DNA of 38,053 bases from a virus, in the IMG/VR virus record IMGVR_UViG_3300029986_000003. One strand, given 5' to 3'. The notes under the pieces are model-generated. The model searched no databases. It saw nothing but the letters and a program-made list of their open reading frames with translations, and was not told where the DNA came from. Positions 15,678 to 22,449 of the stretch are shown here, one piece after another. A program made the position numbers and the translations under genes. Each line of letters begins with the position of its first letter. The first letter of the stretch is position 1.

Positions 15678-16430
15678 ATGAAGATTTTACGCAACTTCGC
15701 ACAGGGCACAGATGATTGGCACCAAGAGCGCTGCGGACGTGCCACCGCGTCCAACTCCGCTGCAATACTCGATTTTACAAAGGCTGGAGTCGAGGGCAGC
15801 AAGCGCAAACTCTACCGACTGGAGATCGTCGCGCAGATCCTCAGCGGCATCGCGGTTCAAGACAAGTTCGTTTCTGCTCCGATGCGCGCCGGAACATTCG
15901 CCGAAGGTCCAGCCCGCGCCTTCTATGAGCTTGAAGAGGGCGTCATGGTGGAGACTGTTGGCATCATCATCGGAGACAACGAGCGCACAGCTTATAGCCC
16001 AGATGGATTGGTGGGCGTGAATGGCGCAGTCGAGATCAAAGGGCCTACGACGACAACACACCTTCAAACGCTGGACCTGGGCGCGATACCTGAAGGTAAC
16101 TTGCCGCAGTTATGGTTCGGATTCATGGTTGATACAGAATTAGAGTGGATTGATTGGATCAGCCGCGATGGAGGTATGAGCAACAACCCGGAGATGTTTG
16201 GCCCTATCCTTCCGAGGCGCTATCAACAGTTCACTATACGCTTGCATCGCGCTGAATGTGAGGAGCAAATTGCCAAGATGCGCGAAGCGACGGATAGGTT
16301 CCTTGCGGACGTTGACGCGACAATCGAGCGGCTGAAGTTGCGTGCTCCGGAAGTTGCAGAGCCTGAGCGTCCCGTGCAGGACTTCGGCGAGCTTGGCCTT
16401 ACGGACTCTGATCTTGCATTTTTGGACTAA
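15678..16430 (+). CDS. YqaJ/lambda-Exo-like recombination exonuclease (250 aa)
   Basis: QGTDDWHQERCGRATASNSAAIL...MRAGTFAEGPARAFYE...YSPDGLVGVNGAVEIKGP matches the PD-(D/E)xK YqaJ pattern. GAGGAG SD. Confidence 0.75.
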   Translation: MKILRNFAQGTDDWHQERCGRATASNSAAILDFTKAGVEGSKRKLYRLEIVAQILSGIAVQDKFVSAPMRAGTFAEGPARAFYELEEGVMVETVGIIIGDNERTAYSPDGLVGVNGAVEIKGPTTTTHLQTLDLGAIPEGNLPQLWFGFMVDTELEWIDWISRDGGMSNNPEMFGPILPRRYQQFTIRLHRAECEEQIAKMREATDRFLADVDATIERLKLRAPEVAEPERPVQDFGELGLTDSDLAFLD

Positions 16431-16446
16431 CAGCAGAAAGGAAATC

Positions 16447-16680
16447 ATGAGCTTGAAAGTGACCAACGCAGAGAGATTTACCGGAGTGGTAGAGAACACA
16501 GTCACGCACAAGGATATTTTCTGGGTGCGCACAGACGCGGGGGAAACGCTTTTCTGCCACAAAAACTACGCCAAGGAGCGCACTGTGCCAGAGATCGGCG
16601 CACGCGTCAAGGGGCTGATTGGGCGCGTGCCCCAAGAGGACAAACAATCGCGTGCATTTAATGTAGAAATCGTTGTATAA
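16447..16680 (+). CDS. Hypothetical protein (77 aa)
   Basis: AGAAAGGAAATC then the ATG at 16447. MSLKVTNAERFTGVVENTVTHKDIFWVRTDAGETLFCHKNY.... Confidence 0.55.
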   Translation: MSLKVTNAERFTGVVENTVTHKDIFWVRTDAGETLFCHKNYAKERTVPEIGARVKGLIGRVPQEDKQSRAFNVEIVV

Positions 16681-16736
16681 TGGGGCTGTCAGGTGTTATC
16701 AGCACCGGCAAGCCTTATCGCCTGGGAGGGCGAATC

Positions 16737-17246
16737 ATGACAACCCCATCTACGCCATTGTACCGCGAAATTCCGCTCACTCAGGGACAAGTTGCGCTTG
16801 TTTCTGCGCATCGATTTGATGAGTTGAATGCATATAAGTGGTGGGCATGCTGGATTTCCCACACGCGAACATTTTATGCCTTCCGAAAGATTAAACTCGA
16901 AAACGGTAGACGCGTGGTGATTGGAATGCATCGTGAAATTCTAGGACTTAAGTTCGGAGACAAGCGCCAAGGAGAGCATAAAAATCAAGCCACTTTAGAT
17001 AACCGGGATGAAAACCTAAGAATTGCAACTTCATCGCAGAATCAATGTAACCGGGGCCCACAGAGAAATAATAAAAGTGGATTCAAGGGAGTCTCGTGGT
17101 ATAAGCGCGACAAGAAGTGGCGCGCTTGCATAGAAGTAAAAGGAAAGCGTAGCTATCTTGGTTTATTTGATACTCCGGAATTAGCCTACGAAAAGTATTG
17201 CTTGGTAGCGAAACAAATTCATGGTGATTTTGCTTGGAGGCGTTAA
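16737..17246 (+). CDS. HNH homing endonuclease with an AP2-type DNA-binding domain (169 aa)
   Basis: MHREILGL...GEHKNQATLDNRDENLRIATSSQNQCN (HNH_3-like) followed by SGFKGVSWYKRDKKWRACIEVKGKRSYLGLFDTPELAYEKYCLVAKQIHGDFA (AP2). GGGAGGG SD. AT-rich compared with its neighbours. Confidence 0.8.
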   Translation: MTTPSTPLYREIPLTQGQVALVSAHRFDELNAYKWWACWISHTRTFYAFRKIKLENGRRVVIGMHREILGLKFGDKRQGEHKNQATLDNRDENLRIATSSQNQCNRGPQRNNKSGFKGVSWYKRDKKWRACIEVKGKRSYLGLFDTPELAYEKYCLVAKQIHGDFAWRR

Positions 17247-17248
17247 AG

Positions 17249-17662
17249 ATGAGCTATTACATCAAGTTCGAGGTCCTAGGACGCGCAGCGCCACAGGGAA
17301 GTATGCGCGGCTATGTTGTCAACGGAAAAGCCAAGCTAACCTGCGACAACGCGCACACGATTCCCTATCGGCAAGCAGTTGGATACGCTGCACTCACCGC
17401 GCGGGACAGCGATGCGATTTTCGCAGGCCCACACGTTGCGGTTTCTGTGCAGTGCGACTTCTACCTCAAGCGCCCAAAGGGCCACCGTAAGGCGTGGACG
17501 CACCCTCCAACGAAGCCGGACATAGACAAGCTCTGCCGCGCCACCTTGGACGCGCTGACAGGAATCCTGTACTACGATGATGGGCAGGTCGTCGGCATCA
17601 AGGCAGTCAAGCACTACGGCCTACCAGAGCGCACAGTGATTTCAGTCGAGAAGGTAGATTGA
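17249..17662 (+). CDS. rusA: RusA-like Holliday-junction resolvase (137 aa)
   Basis: YIKFEVLGRAAPQGS...TKPDIDKLCRATLDALTGILYYDDGQVVGIKAVKHYG matches the RusA motif (PD-x-D-x-L...DAL...DD-x-Q). Confidence 0.75.
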   Translation: MSYYIKFEVLGRAAPQGSMRGYVVNGKAKLTCDNAHTIPYRQAVGYAALTARDSDAIFAGPHVAVSVQCDFYLKRPKGHRKAWTHPPTKPDIDKLCRATLDALTGILYYDDGQVVGIKAVKHYGLPERTVISVEKVD

Positions 17663-17806
17663 TGACGCGCTTTATCGTAGTCTTCACACTTCGGCGCGGA
17701 ACCATCGAGCCGCCCGAGCTACTGGACGACGCGAACCAGTACCGCGCTGAATAGGCACTACAGTGCCTGCGCCGTTGGCGCTTCGGTACCAAGAATTGAG
17801 GATGAA

Positions 17807-18049
17807 ATGGACGATTTGAATATACCGCAAGACTTGAAAGAGGCGCATAGCGAGGCCCTTGCAGGAACAGAACTCGACACTACATTCAATGATGTATTCG
17901 TTCGAGAACTAATCGAGCGCATCGCACGTCTGCGAGGAATTTTGATTAAGTGCGGACGCAACGCGGGGGCAGGACTTTCGGATGCAGTGACCGATGAGTT
18001 CCTTGCACTTTTGCCTGAGGAGATTAAGTTGAGACTTGCACGAGGCTAG
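17807..18049 (+). CDS. Hypothetical protein (80 aa)
   Basis: GAGGATGAA then ATG. The identical 12-mer GAGGATGAAATG also precedes and includes the 18108 start. Confidence 0.6.
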   Translation: MDDLNIPQDLKEAHSEALAGTELDTTFNDVFVRELIERIARLRGILIKCGRNAGAGLSDAVTDEFLALLPEEIKLRLARG

Positions 18050-18107
18050 GCACTCTCGCGATACGCACTACAACCACAGCGCAGCACCAACCAGAAACGA
18101 GGATGAA

Positions 18108-18272
18108 ATGCCAGAGATTACCGAATCACGCCTCAAGGAACTAATTGAGGCGGAAGAAAAACTGAGCGCTCTTGAAAATATGGGCGTAGACAACTGGGAA
18201 GGGTATTCGGACGCGATGAGCGAATTAAGGGAATATCGCGCATCAAAGAAAGCTGAGGAAAAAAGTGAATAA
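18108..18272 (+). CDS. Hypothetical acidic protein (54 aa)
   Basis: GAGGATGAA then ATG. MPEITESRLKELIEAEEKLSALENMGVDNWEGYSDAMSELREYRASKKAEEKSE. Confidence 0.55.
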   Translation: MPEITESRLKELIEAEEKLSALENMGVDNWEGYSDAMSELREYRASKKAEEKSE

Positions 18273-18672
18273 ACTAGAACTTGACGCAGAGACATTTGAG
18301 GCCGCAACCGCACGATTGGCCGCCATGAACCTGAGCGCACCAGAACCCGAATCAGAGCGCGGCCGCGATGGAATGACGAGTGCAGAGAGAATCGCACATC
18401 TTACGCTCCCCGTTCCGTCGCCAGAACCACCCGCGCGCTCTCCGCGTAGCGACAAGGACACCAAGCGCACACCGAAGGCGCAAACGTTGAGCATCGAGGC
18501 AGTGAGCGCGATGAGCGCCGAGCAGGCGCAGGAGCTTATTCGACTAGTAGCTGCGCGAAATGAGACGCTGAAGAACTGGGAAGACGCCAAGCGTGTCGCG
18601 GTGAACTGCGAAGTTGATTTCAAGCAGGACGCCAAAGACCTGCAGGACTTCATCGAAGCGCTGGCGAAATAG
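18265..18672 (+). CDS. Hypothetical protein (135 aa, GTG start)
   Basis: Overlaps the upstream stop by 8 nt. Pro/Glu-rich middle region and a helical C-terminus. Confidence 0.5.
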   Translation: MNKLELDAETFEAATARLAAMNLSAPEPESERGRDGMTSAERIAHLTLPVPSPEPPARSPRSDKDTKRTPKAQTLSIEAVSAMSAEQAQELIRLVAARNETLKNWEDAKRVAVNCEVDFKQDAKDLQDFIEALAK

Positions 18673-18746
18673 CTTGACGCTGTGCGCAGTTGCAGTGGGA
18701 TAGCTAACCGATAACGCACTTCAACCAGCAGCGTCGAAGGAGAAAA

Positions 18747-19109
18747 ATGAACATCGAAGATTTGACAATCGGGCAGGCAAAGCAACTCGCAGCGTTCTTT
18801 GGCAATAGTGCCACAAAACCAGTCCACCCAATGATCGGGCGTAGATGCCTGATTCGCACGTACAGCGCAGGCGTGCATATCGGCGATGTGGTTTTCGTCA
18901 ACGAGATGGAAGTGAAGCTCGAAAACGCTCTGCGACTATGGAAATGGGAGGGAGGCGGTCTATCTCTCTCTGTGGTTGCCTCGCAGGGAATCAAGGGAGG
19001 ACGCTTGAATATCACGGGAGAAATCTACCTCACGAACGCCATCGAGTTCATCCCCACAACAGCAGAGGCGGAGGCCACTTATGTCAGATTCATCGAAGAC
19101 AAAAAGTAA
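18747..19109 (+). CDS. Conserved-looking hypothetical protein (120 aa)
   Basis: GAAGGAGAAAA then ATG. MNIEDLTIGQAKQLAAFFG...GRRCLIRTYSAGVHIGDVVFVNEMEVKLENALRLWKWEGGGLSLS... resembles a small beta-rich phage family that I cannot name with confidence. Confidence 0.65.
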   Translation: MNIEDLTIGQAKQLAAFFGNSATKPVHPMIGRRCLIRTYSAGVHIGDVVFVNEMEVKLENALRLWKWEGGGLSLSVVASQGIKGGRLNITGEIYLTNAIEFIPTTAEAEATYVRFIEDKK

Positions 19110-19338
19110 GTATCACGGCTCCGGCTATAGCTCCGGCTCCGGCTCCGGCGACGGCGACGGCTATGGCTACGGCTCCGGCGACGGCGACGGCTCCGGCTAT
19201 GGCTCCGGCTACGGCTATGGCTCCGGCGACGGCTCCGGCTATGGCTACGGCGACGGCTATGGCTACGGCTCCGGCGACGGCGACGGCTCCGGCTATGGCT
19301 CCGGCTACGGCTATGGCTCCGGCGACGGCACTTGTTAG
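19081..19338 (+). CDS. Gly/Tyr/Ser/Asp low-complexity repeat protein (85 aa)
   Basis: MSDSSKTKSKYH followed by 71 residues of [G-(S/Y/D)]n, ending in TC. The ATG at 19081 lies 29 nt inside the preceding gene. Whether this frame is translated is not established. Confidence 0.45.
   Translation: MSDSSKTKSKYHGSGYSSGSGSGDGDGYGYGSGDGDGSGYGSGYGYGSGDGSGYGYGDGYGYGSGDGDGSGYGSGYGYGSGDGTC
19117..19329. repeat. Hexanucleotide-periodic tandem repeat (GGC-NNN)x35.5, including a perfect 75-bp direct repeat at 96-bp spacing
   Basis: Units are GGCTCC, GGCGAC and GGCTAT/GGCTAC. 19159..19233 is identical to 19255..19329. Confidence 0.95.
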
Positions 19339-19342
19339 CTAT

Positions 19343-19371
19343 TTGAAGCGCATCTAGGCTTGATGTATACT
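19343..19371 (+). promoter_or_regulatory. Candidate sigma70-type promoter for the replication genes
   Basis: TTGAAG (19343..19348), 17-nt spacer, TATACT (19366..19371). Followed by the hairpin GGGGGAG-ccttca-CTCCCCC and GAAGGAGGGAT before the ATG at 19477. Confidence 0.4.
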
Positions 19372-19476
19372 TGAATGATCCGACGCGCCACGCAGAGGAT
19401 CACACGATGCGGCCTGATCACCGCGTCCAGTTTCGGGGGAGCCTTCACTCCCCCGGAGCGCCCTTGAAGGAGGGAT

Positions 19477-20298
19477 ATGAACCAATGGTTCAGGATGTAC
19501 GCGGAATTCGCCACCGACCCAAAAATTCGCACTATGAGCGATTCTCTACAGATCCGGCTTATTCGCCTGTTTTGCCTGCGTAGCTCCGGGCTCACCGAAA
19601 AACTCTCAGAGGATGAGTTGAAGTATGGGCTCGGGTGCAACGATAACGAAACGTTTCATGAAACAAAATCATCGTTTCAAGCGAAGGGTTTTATCGATGA
19701 AAATTGGGCTGTTTTGAACTGGAATAAGCGCCAATTTGTGTCGGACTCAAGCACGGAAAGGGTCAACAAATTCCGCGCAAGACAAGCATTGAAACAGTCT
19801 GAAACGTTTCAGAAACGCGATGAAACGCAAAATGAAACGCACCAGAACAGAACAGAACAGAACAGAACAGAACAGAAAAAGACTATTGCGCGGAGCGTTC
19901 CGCCGGAAGAACTGGCGGGAACCCTTCCGCTACTCGGAGGGGATATGCACGAGATTTCCAAGCAGCAAGTGTCCGAATGGCAGCAGGCGTTTCCGGGCGT
20001 AGATGTGAAATCAGAGCTCAAGCGGATGAAAGTTTGGATGGACGCGAACCCTACGCGGAAGAAAACTCCGAAGGGGATCAATCGAGCTATCGTTTCCTGG
20101 CTTACAAGATCGCAAGATAGCGGCAGAACAATCACCATGGGAGGCACCAATGGAAAACAAGCTGGAAAGATCGAATCAAACCGAGACATCCTCGCAAATT
20201 GCCTCGCGGGTGTCGCGGGTAATGTTCGCACTGACGGAAGTACACTGCTATCGCGGTGCGCAGATGAACGAGATGTATCTCAACCTGATGAGCGCTAG
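19477..20298 (+). CDS. Putative replication initiator / replisome organiser (273 aa; true 3' end uncertain)
   Basis: The N-terminus WFRMYAEFATDPKIRTMSDSLQIRLIRLFCLRSSG...NWNKRQ is typical of phage replisome-organiser N-domains. It lies directly upstream of dnaB and contains iterons. The last 149 nt overlap the next ORF. Confidence 0.55.
   Translation: MNQWFRMYAEFATDPKIRTMSDSLQIRLIRLFCLRSSGLTEKLSEDELKYGLGCNDNETFHETKSSFQAKGFIDENWAVLNWNKRQFVSDSSTERVNKFRARQALKQSETFQKRDETQNETHQNRTEQNRTEQKKTIARSVPPEELAGTLPLLGGDMHEISKQQVSEWQQAFPGVDVKSELKRMKVWMDANPTRKKTPKGINRAIVSWLTRSQDSGRTITMGGTNGKQAGKIESNRDILANCLAGVAGNVRTDGSTLLSRCADERDVSQPDER
19648..19877. repeat. Iteron cluster (candidate ori): GAAACGTTTC x2, GAAAC(G/A) x5 phased at 10-12 bp, and (CAGAA)x7
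   Basis: GAAACGTTTC at 19648..19657 and 19801..19810. GAAAC(G/A) at 19791, 19801, 19812, 19822 and 19834. CAGAA x7 at 19843..19877. Confidence 0.6.
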
Positions 20299-20458
20299 AC
20301 TTGCGCAGGAAGACCCAGCGCGTGTGTTCCGAGCGCTGAAGGATCTGGGAGAGCGACCGCGTAAAGATGGAGAGTCTGCGCTGCTGGACCTTGGGACTAT
20401 CCTCGGGGAGATGAACTCGAAGCCGCGGATACTGAGTGCGCCTGGCGGTGCGCAATGA
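20150..20458 (+). CDS. Hypothetical protein upstream of dnaB (102 aa), possibly a helicase-loading accessory
   Basis: GGGAGGCACCA then the ATG at 20150. Its stop overlaps the dnaB ATG (ATGA). The functional guess is based on position only. Confidence 0.5.
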   Translation: MENKLERSNQTETSSQIASRVSRVMFALTEVHCYRGAQMNEMYLNLMSARLAQEDPARVFRALKDLGERPRKDGESALLDLGTILGEMNSKPRILSAPGGAQ

Positions 20459-21813
20459 CCGATCTAACGCTAGACGCAGGTATGCCCTGCAACACGCAAG
20501 CCGAGCAAACTATCCTTGGCGCGACCATGCTCGAAAACCAGGCCTTCTACGAGGCGCAGGAATCTGGCATCGAGGCGCAGGACTTTTATCTCGACAGCCA
20601 TCAGCGTACGTGGTCCGCAATGTGCCGTCTGATGGACGCTCAAAAGCCGGTTGACCTCGTGACCGTTGCGCACGAACTGCGCGGAACCAAGGAGCTTGAG
20701 GCGGTGGGCGGCGTGTCCTTCATCGCGGCGCTCACAGAGGGGCTACCACGCAGGCCGGTAATCGCCGAATACCTCCGCATCGTTCGCGACAAATCACTAG
20801 CACGTCGCCTAATGCAGATTGCCGGCGCTGTGCAGGGCCGCGCTGCGGACGGTGGAACGCCAGCGCAGGATTTAGCGGGGGAAATGTCAGACGCGGTTCT
20901 GGAGGCATCCTCGCGCGTTTCTAGCCACGGGCGAGAGATCGACGCTATCGTGGTCGAGGACGCGATGCGGTTTGAGGATCAGGCTGACGCGCCGTTTACC
21001 GGGGTGCTGGGAGCAAGTCTGTTTACGCCAGAGCTTTCGCGCATCACTGCTGGCTTGCAAGACAATGAGCTTTGTCTGCTCTGCGCACGCCCAGGGCAAG
21101 GCAAGACTGAGGCGGCTATCCAGATCGCGGTCGAGAATGCGCGGAATGGTCTGCGCGTGCATTTTCAGTCCATGGAGATGAAAAGCTGGCAGCTTGTGCG
21201 CCGGATGCTGCGCTATATGGCGCGAATCCCGGTTTCGCACATGCGCGATCCTCGGTGCTTGCGGCCGGAAGAGCGCCAGGCAATCCGCAACGCCCGTGAG
21301 GAACTGCTAGACCTGCCAATTTTCATCGACGACACGCACGAACTGACGTGCAGCGATTATCGATCCCGCGCCGTGCTAGCCTCCAAGCGCTGGAAGGCGG
21401 ATCTGATCCTCGTGGACTATGCGCAGCTTCTAATCGTACCCACGGCGAAGGGTGACGCGATCAAGGCCGCTCCAAAGCAAGCGGAGACCTTGCGGCACAT
21501 CGCCCGCGACTACTGCCGCACAATCGCGCTAGCACAACTCAGGCGCAGCCCTCCGAACGACCTGAACCTGTACCCAGACATTGAAATGATCTTCGGAGCC
21601 AGCCAGTTCGAGCAGGCTGCGCAGATGATCCTTTTGCTCCATCGTGAACGCAAAGAGAAGCGATACACCGGGGAGGACTTCTGCTTTATCGGCAAAATGC
21701 GCGAATTGCAGGGGATAGAGCCGATTGGAATCAAGGCGAATCCATGGGGCGGCTTTGTGGACCGATACGAGGGCGGGAGTTCGAGCAATTATCAAGACAA
21801 AGGGGAGGATTGA
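20455..21813 (+). CDS. dnaB: DnaB-family replicative helicase (452 aa)
   Basis: N-terminal AEQTILGATMLENQAFYEA...HQRTWSAM, Walker A ARPGQGKT, and LILVDYAQLL (Walker B region). Confidence 0.9.
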   Translation: MTDLTLDAGMPCNTQAEQTILGATMLENQAFYEAQESGIEAQDFYLDSHQRTWSAMCRLMDAQKPVDLVTVAHELRGTKELEAVGGVSFIAALTEGLPRRPVIAEYLRIVRDKSLARRLMQIAGAVQGRAADGGTPAQDLAGEMSDAVLEASSRVSSHGREIDAIVVEDAMRFEDQADAPFTGVLGASLFTPELSRITAGLQDNELCLLCARPGQGKTEAAIQIAVENARNGLRVHFQSMEMKSWQLVRRMLRYMARIPVSHMRDPRCLRPEERQAIRNAREELLDLPIFIDDTHELTCSDYRSRAVLASKRWKADLILVDYAQLLIVPTAKGDAIKAAPKQAETLRHIARDYCRTIALAQLRRSPPNDLNLYPDIEMIFGASQFEQAAQMILLLHRERKEKRYTGEDFCFIGKMRELQGIEPIGIKANPWGGFVDRYEGGSSSNYQDKGED

Positions 21814-21814
21814 T

Positions 21815-22027
21815 ATGCTGATCGGGAGCGACTTTATTGTGGGCGTTGCGCTGAAACCATGCGCTTGCTCGGAGTGCGGAAAGCATATCGCAAAGGGCGA
21901 TCACGTGCTTGAGTCTGTGCGCATCGGTAAGGTGCAGAAGCGTGTGTGTAGTGAGCAGTGCCGACTGAACTTCGACGATGCTTTTTGGCAGGATCGCGCT
22001 AACCGGCGCGAGCGAGGTGAACTGTGA
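21815..22027 (+). CDS. Hypothetical Cys-rich protein (70 aa)
   Basis: GGGGAGG SD. CACSECGKH...VCSEQC. Confidence 0.55.
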   Translation: MLIGSDFIVGVALKPCACSECGKHIAKGDHVLESVRIGKVQKRVCSEQCRLNFDDAFWQDRANRRERGEL

Positions 22028-22230
22028 TGTGTAGTGAAATGAACATGCTACGCATGGCCGAGGCTCATGCGCGGGACTGGATGGCTAATCCGCTAATGGG
22101 GGCCAAAGACTTGCAGACGCTTTATGCGCAGTGGGCGCTCGAAGCTCAACGTATGCAGGCGGTGCACGCGGAGAAGTGCGCAGAGTGCCAGAAAGAAGAC
22201 ACGCCTATTCCTTGCCCGACTCGCGCGTAG
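22024..22230 (+). CDS. Hypothetical protein (68 aa), last plus-strand gene
   Basis: The start overlaps the upstream stop (GTGATG). Helical, with CAECQ near the C-terminus. Confidence 0.45.
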   Translation: MMCSEMNMLRMAEAHARDWMANPLMGAKDLQTLYAQWALEAQRMQAVHAEKCAECQKEDTPIPCPTRA

Positions 22231-22449
22231 CTTCGCAGTGGCATGGCACGCCAGCGCACAGAACGCACGGTAGGTGGTCGCCGATGAGCCGGGGCCACCT
22301 AGCGGGCTGCGGAAGTGGAGCGGGGAGTTGCTTGCGGGTTGTGGTGCGGAAAATCATGCGTTGACGGGTCCGCTGGGCTTGCCGAAAGGGTACGGCTTGT
22401 CTGCTGGCTTCGGTTTTGCGCTGGCCTTCTTTACGATTTTCTTGGGCAT

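Noticed and set aside
19117-19329. CRISPR array or minisatellite spacer structure in the GGC-NNN tract and in (CAGAA)7
   Set aside because: The repeat units are 5-6 nt and contiguous, with no unique spacers and no cas genes.
22354-22449. 31-aa Lys/Pro-rich ORF (MPKKIVKKASAKPKPADKPYPFGKPSGPVNA) starting immediately after the stop of 22450..22947
   Set aside because: Its placement (TAGATG) is attractive, but it has no SD, is very short and lies in the convergent inter-block gap. It is kept as a possibility only.
22231-22449. Bidirectional intrinsic terminator in the convergent gap between the early and late blocks
   Set aside because: Only short 4-6 bp stems are present (e.g. AGGTGG...CCACCT, GCCG...CGGC), with no adjacent U-tract on either strand.
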